Assembly (NCBI RefSeq): GCF_001194135.2
Contig: NC_068997.1
Span: 46,655,791-46,699,675 of the forward strand
DNA length: 43,885 nucleotides
Origin: Octopus bimaculoides
Taxonomy: Eukaryota
Direction: 5' to 3'
Shown: positions 10,213 through 21,617 of the stretch, in pieces
Layout: each line of letters opens with the position of its first letter
Position numbering within the stretch: position 1 is the stretch's first letter
Made by a program: the position numbers and the translations under genes
The notes under the pieces: model-generated
Told to the model about the DNA's origin: nothing
Seen by the model: the letters and a program-made list of their open reading frames with translations, nothing else
Databases searched by the model: none

Positions 10213-10882
10213 ATATATATATATATATATATATATTTTCATGGTGCATAAAAGCACTCATATTTATACTGTTGACAGATGAGAACTGTCTGCTATGGCT
10301 GCTGAAACTGCCAGATCATATAATTTCACCTTGTTCTGGGCTTCTCAGTGACAGACATCACAAAAAGTCAAATTAACTGCTGCATTCTTCTGGAAATAAT
10401 ATCTCTCATGGACATACTGTGTTTAAAAACAGAAAAATACATCAGAGGCAGATGAAAATCATTGCCGACTGTGATGGTGGTGAGAGTGCTAGGTGTGCAT
10501 TTCTGCCTTGTTGGGCTTTGTCAGTAACATGTATTTAGTGCCAGTCACATGATAAGACAAAATCCGTCACAACTGATTAATTACTCTCATGAAGATTAAG
10601 TAAATGAATAATAATGCTGCTCTAATGATGCATTACCATCAGTCAACAATGACCTGGTGCTTGCTGTCCGACAAGTGTATCATCAATACAGTAACAGATG
10701 GACAACAATTAAATGGTAATTAGCAAAGCAATAGATAATCTTCTAATGAGGATTATATGGCAGTTTCCAATGAGTCTTTACTAAATTGATTTGTAATTGA
10801 AGGTGGTGATGGTGGGGTGGGTGGAAACACAAGTGGGTGGAAACACAAGTGAAATATGCAGGAAGAGGTTGTAGTAGTATAA

Positions 10883-10950
10883 ATACACACATATCTATCT
10901 ATCTTTCTACCTACCTATCCCTCTCTATCTACCAAACTGTTTGTCTGTCC

Positions 10951-10983
<33 letters not shown>

Positions 10984-11200
10984 CCTACCTACCTACCTAC
11001 CTACCAATCCCCCTCTCTCTCTACCTACCAACCTGTTTGTCTGTCCATCTATCTATCTATCTACCTGCCTAGCTACTTATCCCTCTCTCTCTACGTACCA
11101 ACCTGTTTGTCTGTCTATCTACCTACCTATCTACTTACCCTTCTCTCTCTCTACATACCTACCTGCTTGCCCGTCCGTCTATCTTTCTGTTTATCTATTC
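10883..11200. repeat. (TCTA)n/(ACCT)n compound microsatellite with a roughly 70-nt higher-order unit
   Basis: ccctctctctctacctaccaacctgtttgtctgtc recurs about four times. Confidence 0.9.
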
Positions 11201-12070
11201 ACATGCATACTTATAAACATGTGTGTGTGTATGAATGCGTGTGTATATGTATGTATGTATAACTNNNNNNNNNNNNNNNNNNNNNNNNNNNNNNNNNNNN
11301 NNNNNNNNNNNNNNNNNNNNNNNNNNNNNNNNNNNNNNNNNNNNNNNNNNNNNNNNNNNNNNNNNNNNNNNNNNNNNNNNNNNNNNNNNNNNNNNNNNNN
11401 NNNNNNNNNNNNNNNNNNNNNNNNNNNNNNNNNNNNNNNNNNNNNNNNNNNNNNNNNNNNNNNNNNNNNNNNNNNNNNNNNNNNNNNNNNNNNNNNNNNN
11501 NNNNNNNNNNNNNNNNNNNNNNNNNNNNNNNNNNNNNNNNNNNNNNNNNNNNNNNNNNNNNNNNNNNNNNNNNNNNNNNNNNNNNNNNNNNNNNNNNNNN
11601 NNNNNNNNNNNNNNNNNNNNNNNNNNNNNNNNNNNNNNNNNNNNNNNNNNNNNNNNNNNNNNNNNNNNNNNNNNNNNNNNNNNNNNNNNNNNNNNNNNNN
11701 NNNNNNNNNNNNNNNNNNNNNNNNNNNNNNNNNNNNNNNNNNNNNNNNNNNNNNNNNNNNNNNNNNNNNNNNNNNNNNNNNNNNNNNNNNNNNNNNNNNN
11801 NNNNNNNNNNNNNNNNNGGAAGAAGTGGATGAGGTGGGAGAAAAGAGGGAGGAGTGAGGAGGGAGGAGTGAGGAAGGAGGAGTGAGAATGGATGAAGATT
11901 AGAGGAAGGAAAATGATAGGAAAGAAAAGAGACATATTTTGAAGAAGAGGTGCTACAACGATAATAATAATGGGCAGAATACTGCTAAGCATTTCGTCCA
12001 GCATGTTAACGATTCTGCCAGCTCACAGTCTTGAAGATGATGATGATAATGATAATAATAATAATGATTA

Positions 12071-12238
12071 CAAACTTTGGCACAAGGCCACAATTTTTAA
12101 GGAGGGGTTAGGTTGATTACATCCACTCCAGTACACAACTGGTACTTATTTTATTGACCCTGGAAGGATGAAAGGTAAAGTTGACCCCTGCAGAATTTGA
12201 ACTCAGAAGATGAAGATGGACGAAATGCCACTAAGTCA
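12071..12238 (-). mobile_element. SINE family A lacking its head (additional head fragment at 11972-12026)
   Basis: ggcacaaggcc...actggtacttattttattgaccctggaaggatgaaaggtaaagttgacc...gaatttgaactcagaa. Confidence 0.8.
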
Positions 12239-12800
12239 GAAATGGGGATGTGGAGCTGGAAACACATGGTATGGTCATTGAGTCTAAAGAGTACTAGAAT
12301 TGGAAAAATGTAAGATTTTGTGGGACTTACCTATTCAAACAGACAAGAAGTTAGAAAATGAAAGACCAGATATAACAATTATAGATAAGGAAATGTGAAG
12401 TAGCTTACTAATCAACCCATCATACCTGTTAATTTCAGGATCGTAAAGAAAGAGGGAGAAAAACAAAGAAAATACAATCTCCTAAAATTTGAAATAGGAA
12501 GAATTTGGAGCATGAGAACAGTAAAGGTCTTACCAATAATAATTGGGGTATTGGGAACAGTAATCAAGATATAGACAAATGACTGAGGGAGATTGAAATA
12601 GAATGCCTGGTAGAGCTCCTACAGAAAGTTTGTCTCTTAGGGACAGCAAGAATTATCAGGAGGGTTCTAAGTATTTGAAAGACAGCTGAAAACTTGTGGA
12701 TACCTAAGGTTACAGGTTGTAAACCCGCTACCCACATAAGTCTGACTAGGAATAAGACTGAACCTGAGCCAAACCAAAATAATAATAATAGTAATAATAA
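12239..12800 (+). mobile_element. 5'-truncated Dong/R4-clade (restriction-like endonuclease) LINE ending in (TAA)n
   Basis: Across frameshifts: RVLELEKCKILWDLPIQTDKKLENERPDITIIDK...EGEKQRKYNLLKFEIGRIWSMRTVKVLPIIIGVLGTV...ELLQKVCLLGTARIIRRVLSI* (stop 12676-12678); short 3'UTR then AATAATAAT. Confidence 0.85.
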
Positions 12801-12950
12801 TGGCTAGTATTCTTGATGGAAGGGTGTCAGATGATACTATTGACCTGAGTATGAGACTAGTACTTTATTTTATCAACTCCAGAAAGGGATTAGAGACAAA
12901 GTTGACCTCAGTGAGATCTGAACACAGAATGTAAAGAGCCAGAAAAAATG
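12800..12950 (-). mobile_element. Degenerate SINE family A
   Basis: ctagtactttattttatcaactcc...acaaagttgacctcagtgagatctgaacacagaatgtaaagagc; (AAT)n tail shared with the Dong 3' end. Confidence 0.55.
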
Positions 12951-13617
12951 AGAGCAATGAACGAGAAGACAGAGGTAGACAAAATGAATAAGAGCGAGAC
13001 GGAAGAAGGGGGCAGGGAAGAAGGGGGCAGGGAAGAGAGAGAAAGAGAGAGAGTAATCAAGGCAAAGAAAATAAAAAAAGTAAGAAAAAGTAAAGACTAA
13101 TTAAAGCCTGCATTAAACTGTAATTGCTAATGATGCTGGACACAGATAAAAGATACATGGTGACCAATGGCTTTCTTTGAAGATGATGGAAAACATGGCC
13201 TCAGTGGTAATGACTAAAAGCAAATTAAAAATCATTAATTCACTAATGGAAGTACTTCAGTACAACAAACCAGGGTATGGTTTACCTATGTGTGTGTATA
13301 TAACACACACACACATAGACATTAGTGTGTGTATGTATGTGTATACATATTTGGGTCAAATATGATATTAATTAATCATTGCTCCCCCGCCACTCCTACT
13401 TTCCTACCCATATGTCCTCCACTTCACAGTATCATCGTTAGTGATGAGCCCTTTGGTTAATCTTTGTTGCCTGCTGTGTAATTAGAAACATGGAAATTGC
13501 TTTTATTGTTTAATTAATTGTATAAGTAAATGAAAAAACAAAAAACAACACATAATTCAAATACACACACACAAAAAAAGAAGAACACGTGTATATATGA
13601 ACTTGTATAAATGCATA

Positions 13618-13676
<59 letters not shown>

Positions 13677-14387
13677 GCTCACAAACAAAAGTGCATATGT
13701 ATATATGAACTTGTACAAATGCAAATATATACCTGTGTATAAGTGTATATGCATACATAAAAACAAGTGTATATATGAACTTACATATGTGTGTGTGTAT
13801 ATATATATATATATGATTTTTAATAAATTCCTGTTGAGTTATTAAAGGTTGCAGCTGTAAAAGCTATTATTGTGTCAGTATGCTGTTGTATAATAATTCC
13901 AGTAAAGTACCACTGAACTGAGACTGTATAGTTTCTTCTGGTTCTGTAGTTTCAATGCTACAGTACACAAGTTCAGTAAACTTGAAAATGAAATTCATAG
14001 ACTTCAAAAATCTCAACAGAAAAATTTAAGTGGGGCAAAAAAAAATGAATAAATAACTTCTAAGAACATGAAATAATTTTGCTTTTAATATAGTGTTGTC
14101 CTATTTCCCTGTTCTTCTCTCTCTCCCCCTCCGTATACACACACACACACACACACATGGATACACACACCAATATATATTATATATATATGTTTATTTA
14201 TTTGAATATGTAATGTGTGTGTGTATATATATTTATTTGTGGTATGTGTGTATTCATGTATATATGTGTGTGTGTGTATGTGTGGATATATACATATATG
14301 TATACATAAATACACACATATAGATACAAATATATACACTTGTGTATGATGGTATATACACATAAATACATGTATATGGATATATAT

Positions 14388-14580
14388 ATGCTTGACCGTT
14401 GACTGAACACTATTCAATTTTTTTTCTCCGTGTTTTTCTCCTTGTCTCCGTATTCTTTCTGTTGAAGAGCGTAGCTCGAAACGTCAAAGACTTTCCGTAT
14501 TCCCGAGCGTCATACTAATATATCCTTTTGTTATTTACACCACCTGTCCTCGTCTGTTGTTATTATTTGTATATTCTCCC
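14388..14580 (+). mobile_element. Young Penelope-like terminal repeat in (TA)n, with hammerhead-like motif
   Basis: CpG-retaining segment containing TCTTT CTG-TTG-AAGA GCGTAGCTC GAAAC GTC AAAGA (14454-14490); TA repeats on both sides. Confidence 0.6.
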
Positions 14581-14989
14581 ATATATATGCTTGTATATGT
14601 ATGTGTATGCACATACAAATATAGATATATGCGTAAATATATGTGTTGGTATATCCACAATTCAAATAAAGTACTTACTCTAAGTAATATGCAGAGTGTA
14701 GAGTTATCATATTTTTAATTATCCTATTACTTTACAAAGCATTTCAGTCACTTGATTATGTTACAAAATAATATATGCATTCTTCGAACAGGAAAAGAAA
14801 CCATCTTCCACACAAATAGAGATTTTGATAAAACTAAGTTGAAAATACTCTTGAACTCTTAATGATCTATACTTTTCCAATTTTGTGATAATGATGTGAA
14901 GTGCAGAGCAAAAAAAACGATGATCTTCATTTATTATATTTTATCAAAAACAGTTATTTTGACATTGCACAGCAACTTCCAATTGGATG

Positions 14990-15830
14990 TTGTTTGTATT
15001 TTTAAATAAATGTACTTTCTTTATTCATCTTTATTTCATTGAGAGTATAGGCAGCACGTTCATACAATGGGTAGACTTTAATATATTAGGAATTTGTTTG
15101 CTGGGTATTAGTCCAAATATCTACTAATGAGTATTTTTCTGGTAGTGGGCTTTCTAATTTGTTGGTGATACAGTTATTCTTTTCTTCAAAATTAAATTCA
15201 TTATTAAAATGTAATTTTCATTACATTTAACAACATACATTTCGTGGCTCCTTATGGTAATTATCTGCCCCAATTTCAAGTTATAAAACTGCACCTTTTA
15301 TCAGATCATTACAGATTCCACAGCTAGTGTACCTACACTTTTTGGCTGTTGTTGTTATTTGATATCTTTATTAAGTAGATAGGTGCTGTTTAATAATTTC
15401 TGTAAGGATTTTGATTGTCTTTTACTTTTAATCATTACTTGTGTATTGAGTGCACTTTTCATTCTTAGTTGTTTCTTCTACGATGATTTTTCTGATTAAT
15501 AAAATTGTATGTTTCTGTACTTTTTGAGTTGTGTGTTAATATATAAGGCAAAGCATCGAGAGTATTTGAAGTGCCATTTATCTTTCACAATTCCTGAATG
15601 GCTATCACTCTAGCACACTCTATTCCATTATCACCTACAGTCTTTTGAGTAATATTTTCTTAAATCCTTGAATTCACTCATCCTAGGTTTCTGAAACAGA
15701 TGCAATTATGCCAATTCTTGCCAAATTACAAGCTATGTATTTGTCCCTGTATGGTTTCGATGATAAGAAGTAAATAACCTAAAAGACACTTTCATACAGA
15801 ACCAACCAAAATCTGGAATCAGGAATAAAA
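14990..15830 (-). mobile_element. Decayed Penelope-like element: RT thumb/linker plus GIY-YIG endonuclease
   Basis: Fragments across frameshifts: FTSYHRNHT, CNLARIGII, DNGIECARVIAIQEL, KKCRYTSCGICNDLIKG, YVVKCNENYI, LKKRITV, HQQIRKPTTRKILISRYLD; order and Cys motif match PLE ORF C-termini. Confidence 0.75.
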
Positions 15831-15834
15831 CATA

Positions 15835-16185
15835 CAAGACCTGATCAAAAAGTGTCAGGATTATTGTTATGCTAATGGAGCTAGAGGATGCAGAGTAAGG
15901 CTGTTTGGCACAGATCTTGAACTCTGTTGTGCATGCACACTAAGTTATGTTCTTGCTCACTTCTGTTGTTTACAGCAATGCTTGGAAGAAAAGTGTGTAG
16001 AGTATGGCTGTCTCACCACACCATGGCAGTTCCATCAGTGACAATGGCATTTTGCCAAAAGCTTGGTGATACCTGCACAGAGACCTATGAAAAGTTGCAG
16101 AAAGTGTATGAAGAGGAGTATATGAAATTAACATGAGTGAACGAGTGGTTCAAATGTTTCAAATATAGCCACCAAGATGTCTAAT
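15835..16185 (+). mobile_element. 5' part of a decayed mariner transposon
   Basis: TA followed by CAAGACCTGATCAAAAAGTGTCAGGATT (mariner-type TIR); peptide AFCQKLGDTCTETYEKLQKVYEEEYMKLT*VNEWFKCFK matches the mariner N-terminal HTH; no right TIR seen. Confidence 0.8.
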
Positions 16186-16213
16186 GAGTTGAAGAAATGT
16201 GAAGACACTGTTT

Positions 16214-16383
16214 TAGGATTGCCACAGTTGTCCACTCTCCTCGCGGTGAGGAATACAGTCCCGAGGATTAGGTCCCGTTCCTGAGCCATTCGCGGTTTCA
16301 CCATTCGTTTACGGCATGAACTTACACTTGCATGGCTTAAGTTTTGAGACAAGCATATGACTACTGGCAGGATCAACCAGGTA
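16214..16383 (-). rRNA. 18S rRNA: Dispersed 18S rRNA 5' fragment (170 bp, non-functional)
   Basis: Minus strand begins TACCTGGTTGATCCTGCCAGTAGTCATATGCTTGTCTCAAA..TTAAGCCATGCA, then GGTGAAACCGCGAATGGCTCA and GGACAACTGTGGCAATCCTA; similarity stops at about 16214. Confidence 0.92.
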
Positions 16384-16744
16384 TCGTCGTCGTCGTAGCT
16401 TTTTGGAGGTGTCTTCTGCTCTGGTATTGAGTGCATTTTTTCTTTCTCCTTTTTTCTTTGGCCTTTTGTTCTTTGGTTCCTTTGATGCAGCGTCAATACA
16501 TGACAGTGAGCAAATGACCATCCTGCCAAATTTCCCTTTAAATAAAAAAAATTTTGTTTAAAAACTACCAAATTTAACCCCCACTTTCCATACTTCTTCA
16601 TATGGGTGAGATCCTTTATTTAGTGACCCCCCCACCACCATCACCACCACTACCTGAGAGGTTCTGCAAACTGAGAAGTGGGACCAAATGTCACATTAAC
16701 AATGCATACTTGTAGAATTCTCAAGTTCTTGGCTGTTTTCTAGT

Positions 16745-17200
16745 AGGGACCATTATTGTTGTGGTACCATTAGAAACACAACTGTAGAATTGTTTTCTAT
16801 CAGAACTAATATTGTGGAGAGTCTTTTGGGAGAAATACAATAGTGGACCTAATTTTTAGTAAAAATCACTGTTGTGGAGATGTTTTCCAGTGAAATTGCC
16901 ATTGCAGAGCTATTTTCTGGTAAAACTGTCATTGTGGAGCTATTTTCTGGTGGAACTGGAGTTGTCTTTTGGTAAGACACCATTAGGAAGCTGTTTTATG
17001 GTAAAACCACCATTGTGGAGTTGTTTGCTAGTGAAAGCCTCATTGTATGCTGTTTTTGGTAGAACCATCATTGTGGATCTGTTTTTGGCAGAACCAGCTT
17101 TGTGGAGCCATTTTGGTAGAACCAACATTGAAGAGCTATTTTTGGTAGATCCACCGTTTTGGAGCTGTTTTAGGTAGGACCACCAGTGTGGAGTTACTTT
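16745..17200. repeat. Degenerate minisatellite, unit about 29 bp (GAGCTGTTTTTGGTAGAACCACCATTGTG-like)
   Basis: Recurring ttttggtagaacc...cattgtggag motif at about 29-30 nt spacing. Confidence 0.85.
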
Positions 17201-17304
17201 TCAAACCAGTTGAAGTTCTCCATCTCTGATGATTTTTTACACATATTTCTACTGTTCATTTCGTTTCTGAATGCATTGTATAATATTATTGAATTACCAG
17301 ACTG

Positions 17305-17690
17305 TATATTGATAACAGTATCAATATCTATTCAATATCAATATCATATATATCTATACAGTCAATATTACTGAATAATGATCGTACAGTCGATATTAAT
17401 ATGCCATGTCTACACAGTCGATATCAATACACTGCGTTTACACAGCTGATATCAAAATGCCTTGTCCACACAGACGATATTCATATGCTACGTCTCTATC
17501 TCTCCAGTCAATATCACAATGCCGTATCTTTTTGTCAATAACAACAGCAGCATGTGATTTATACAGTCGATATCAAATAGGTTGCATCTATACAGTCGAT
17601 ATCGATACGCTACATCTATCCAATCAATATTCCTCTATTACCATACCATACAAATGTACTACAGATTATGATTAAGCAGTTGATATCATC
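17305..17690. repeat. Degenerate minisatellite, unit about 29 bp (CAGTCGATATCAATACGCTACATCTATA-like)
   Basis: Repeated acagtcgatatc / cagtcaatatc cores. Confidence 0.75.
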
Positions 17691-18082
17691 AGATAATCTG
17701 GAGCTGTTATAGTAGATAATTTAAAAAAAAAAATGAAAAAAAAATGAAATCAGTTAATTAAAATATAAAAGAACTATTGCTTGTTTAATGGTCTGCTCTA
17801 ATATTTATGATAGCATTGCTGATAACTCTCTGATGATGATCATGTCCCATTACTAATGTCCCATTTCATAGATTAGACAACAGTGGGAAAGGTTGACTAT
17901 TCAAATTGGTACCAACTTAAATAAATTGATTGGGGTTCTTCACAGCTCATTAATCTTTCATATAAAAATAAAATAAAACAAGATAATACAATATATATGT
18001 GCGTATGCATGTCTGTATATATATATATGTGTATATCTATCAATCTATATGCACACACAGAGACGCATACACATATATGTGC

Positions 18083-18121
<39 letters not shown>

Positions 18122-19184
18122 TGCGTATGTATGTAGGAATTAAATAAAAAGACAAAATAATATTAATATAGCTTTTTTTTATAAAAAAAACAGGAATAAA
18201 TGTAATATAATAAAAGATGAAAAAAAAAAAGAATTGTAAAGATATTCAAAAAAGTCATAAATGTGACGGCTTTGGCAAAGTATTTTAATTTATTTCAAAA
18301 GCTGAAATGGAATTAATGAAAAGCTGCGTAACCCTCACACTTACAACTCCACCCCTACCTCAAGCAACAACAATAACAACAGCCATAATGATGACAACAA
18401 TTACAACAACGACCATGACGACAATGACAACTATTAATGGTTATAACAACAACAACAAAATTGTCGGCAACAACAACAACAAAAATTACTGATATGACAA
18501 AAGGAATCACTACATCAAATTAATCCCCTCCCACCACAACCTCCACCGCCAACACAATAATAACAATAAACATAACAAAAGCAACCACTACATCAATTGC
18601 TTCCCTCCCTCTCCCTTCCCCTCAAACTATAACAAAAACAACAAATACCCATATAGCAACCGCTATACGGACTACAACAACTGTTGCAACAACAATAACG
18701 ACATCTAGTTTGGTAAGCAATATTTTATTGATGAAATTTGTAAAAATGAACAGTTGATTATTTTTGGGTTAACGAGTTTGGGAAATTGAAATTAGCAGAA
18801 ATGGTACACTGACACACAATCATACACTTACACATGCACACCCATACAAAGACATACACACATACACGTACACATATATAAACAGACATACACAGATAAA
18901 TACACTTCACACGTCACTTTTTATTGGAACACATATGCAAAAACTACATCAAGTTTCTCTTTTACACACATGCACACACATTTACTCACACATACACACA
19001 CACAACATTTCTATTTCATTTCTTTATTAACTTTATTTTCTTTGCTTAATTATAACTCACTTTCTCAGTCTTCGACACACACATACACACACACACTCTC
19101 TTCCTCTCTCTCTCACACACATACACACACACACGTGTGCACTTTTTTTCATTTTCTAATTGTTATTCTGACCATGCTAGATGA

Positions 19185-19278
19185 TATAGCAATGAGGAAG
19201 CCTCTTTGAAGTCACTCAATCTCTAGAAATAGCAGTCAAATCTCCCTCAAACAACACCCAACAGTCTTAACAATACAA

Positions 19279-19314
<36 letters not shown>

Positions 19315-19440
19315 GACAATGTATTTCTGGGTTCTCTACTTGTCGGAAAAAGCAGAGATGACCACAGATGGAATGCCTTTGGTGATAAGTCTACATCTTA
19401 GAGAGCTGACCTGACATGAGAGTAAATAACAACTACTACT
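19185..19440. mobile_element. Family H dispersed repeat (monomer) with internal (CA)n
   Basis: ctagaaatagcagtcaaatctccctcaaa...tggaatgcctttggtgataagtct...gagctgacctg; same blocks as 24110-24260 and 25860-26545. Confidence 0.65.
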
Positions 19441-19469
19441 ACTACTATTAATACTACAACTACCACCAC

Positions 19470-19771
19470 CAATAATCTAGGTGCAATGGGATTGCACCAA
19501 GAAAGTTCCCTTCTGAGGCACAAGTCCAGGCAAAGTTGTATATGGGAAACCAGAAGTCACCCATGCATACCAGCCTCTCCTCTCCATGCCACCGGAAAGG
19601 CCGATACAGCTTGGCTCCAATGATGTCACAACTCATTTCTAGAGCTGAGAGAACTGGAGCAAAGTGAAAGAGTGTCTTGCTCAAGAACACAAAACAGAGC
19701 CTAGTCCAAGAATCGAACTCACTACCTCATGATTGTGAGCCCAATGCTCTAAACCACTGAACCATGCACCT
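19470..19771 (-). mobile_element. SINE family D
   Basis: ctaggtgcaatgggattgcacc...gaatcgaactcactacctcatgattgtgagcccaatgctctaaccactgaaccatgcacc. Confidence 0.85.
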
Positions 19772-19817
19772 TAACGAATATATATATATATATATATTGC
19801 ATTTATTTTTATATATA

Positions 19818-20178
19818 CAGGGTGATTCAAAAGTCTCCGTACATAGGAAAAATTTTATTTTTTATAAGAGACAGTTTATAAGATCCCCTAGATCCCCTGA
19901 TCTGACCCCTCTTGATTTCTATCTTTGGGGGCATTTGAAAGGCATGGTGTATCGCGGAAAAATCATTTGAAGGAATCCATCACCAACTCATTTGCACACA
20001 TACCACCAGATGTGCTATTACGAGTTCACAATGAGTTGGGTAAACGTATTGTAATGTGTATTCAAAACAATTGTAACCATACAGAGCCTGTTAAATAAAA
20101 AAAACAAACTGTTCTTATAAAGTGTTTCTTATAAAGGGATAAACTGTTCCTATGTATGGCAACTTTTGAATCACCCTG
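19818..20178 (+). mobile_element. Internally deleted Tc1/mariner-superfamily element with intact TIRs and TA target site
   Basis: TIRs CAGGGTGATTCAAAAGT..CCGTACATAGGAA and TTCCTATGTATGG..ACTTTTGAATCACCCTG flanked by TA; retains transposase C-terminus SPRSPDLTPLDFYLWGHLKGMVY...DVLLRVHNELGKRIVMCIQNN. Confidence 0.92.
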
Positions 20179-20334
20179 TATATATTTATCTTGCATTTGC
20201 ATCCAATTATTTTTGACTGGTTGTAATCCTAGGTGTTCCTTATAATGATGCGGTTAACCATAACCTGAATTATAACTGAGAGCTCGTTTGGTACCCACCT
20301 AGATAATCTATCCCTCTATATTTGTCATCATCAT

Positions 20335-20721
20335 ATCTTGTATCTGTTACTTGTTTCAGTCATTAGACAGCGGCCATGCTGGAGCACTGGTTTGAAAATT
20401 TTTTAGTCAAATGAATCGATCCTATACTGTTTTTTTAAAGCCTGGTACTAATGTCTATCTCTTTTGTTGAACCACTGAGTTACGGGTGACATATGTACAT
20501 CAACACCAGTTGTCAAGTGGTGGTGGGGGACAAAGACAGACAGACACACACACACACACATCAGGTTTCTTTTCAGTTTCTGTATACAAATCCACTCACA
20601 AGGCTTTGGTTGGGCCAAGACTATGATAGGAGACATTTGCCCAAGGTGCCATGCAGTGGGACTAAATCCAGAACCATGTGGTTACCAAGCAAGTTTCTTA
20701 CCACACAATCACACCTGTGCC

Positions 20722-20722
<1 letters not shown>
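20335..20722 (-). mobile_element. SINE family B, full length
   Basis: cttgtttcagtcattagacagcggccatgctggagcac...(CA)n...caagtttcttaccacacaatcacacctgtgcc. Confidence 0.85.
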
Positions 20723-20756
<34 letters not shown>

Positions 20757-21220
20757 GTTTGTATGTATGTATATAAGTATGCATATAAATACAACATTCT
20801 TCCATAGCTTCCATAATTCTAAAATAAAACCTTTGTGGACCTAAGGTTAAAGACATGCATATCCAACATTCCACATTGTAAGATCAGACCTAATAAGTAA
20901 AAAATGAAACAGGATGTAATTTTCCTGTAGTATTTTTTCTGAAACCAAAGATTAATGAAATATAAAAATAGAGAGAGCTCTCAAGTGAGAGATGTGATAG
21001 CTAAGTACCTTGTGTAGCAACACTTTAAAAGCACACATTTGAGTAGATAAAGTTTGCAAGGTGTGTCTTGGTGTAATGGTTAACCAAGTCATCGGGATTA
21101 TGACGGTAGTGGGATTCAGATTTGTAAAGTATTTAATTCGATTTAATTTAATTTAATTTTATAATTGAAAGAATCTTAACAGAAAATCATCTACTTGATA
21201 TAAACACACCTACACCCACA

Positions 21221-21268
<48 letters not shown>

Positions 21269-21377
21269 ATTATGGGCATGTGTGCTTGCATGTTTGTCTC
21301 ATGTTGTGTGTCTTTACGTTAAACTACTTGAAACATGGTGTTGTTTTTTATGTTATGTAATCTAGCAGTTTGGCAAA

Positions 21378-21570
21378 TGGAAAGCAGGGGAGTCTTAGAC
21401 TAAGGTGTAGCAGACCAAAACCAACATGGAGATGGACCAAAGAAACTGAAGCACTGTCAGGCAGCTACCTATGGAGACAACTGCAATCTGTTGTCAAAGA
21501 TCATGACAAATGGTGATCACTTGTTGGCACCCTACACCCCACATGAAGTCAAAGAAATGAAGAAAAAAGT
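21378..21570 (+). mobile_element. RTE-clade LINE 3' end fragment
   Basis: RCSRPKPTWRWTKETEALSGSYLWRQLQSVVKDHDKW*SLVGTLHPT* matches the RTE C-terminal RGRPKxTWRRT...W..L...AxDRxxWRSLVxxLCPT motif. Confidence 0.75.
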
Positions 21571-21617
21571 TTCAGACATTCAAATAAATGCTGTAGTTAA
21601 TATGATCAACTAAAAAA

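Noticed and set aside
10817-10848. 16-bp tandem duplication GTGGGTGGAAACACAA (similar ones near 13003 and 27349)
   Set aside because: Ordinary slippage duplications with no further structure.
16745-17690. Regularly spaced 29-bp repeats as a CRISPR-like array
   Set aside because: Units are contiguous and degenerate with no unique spacers; eukaryotic minisatellites.
18307-18700. Thr/Asn-rich ORF
   Set aside because: (AAC)n/(ACA)n low-complexity tract.
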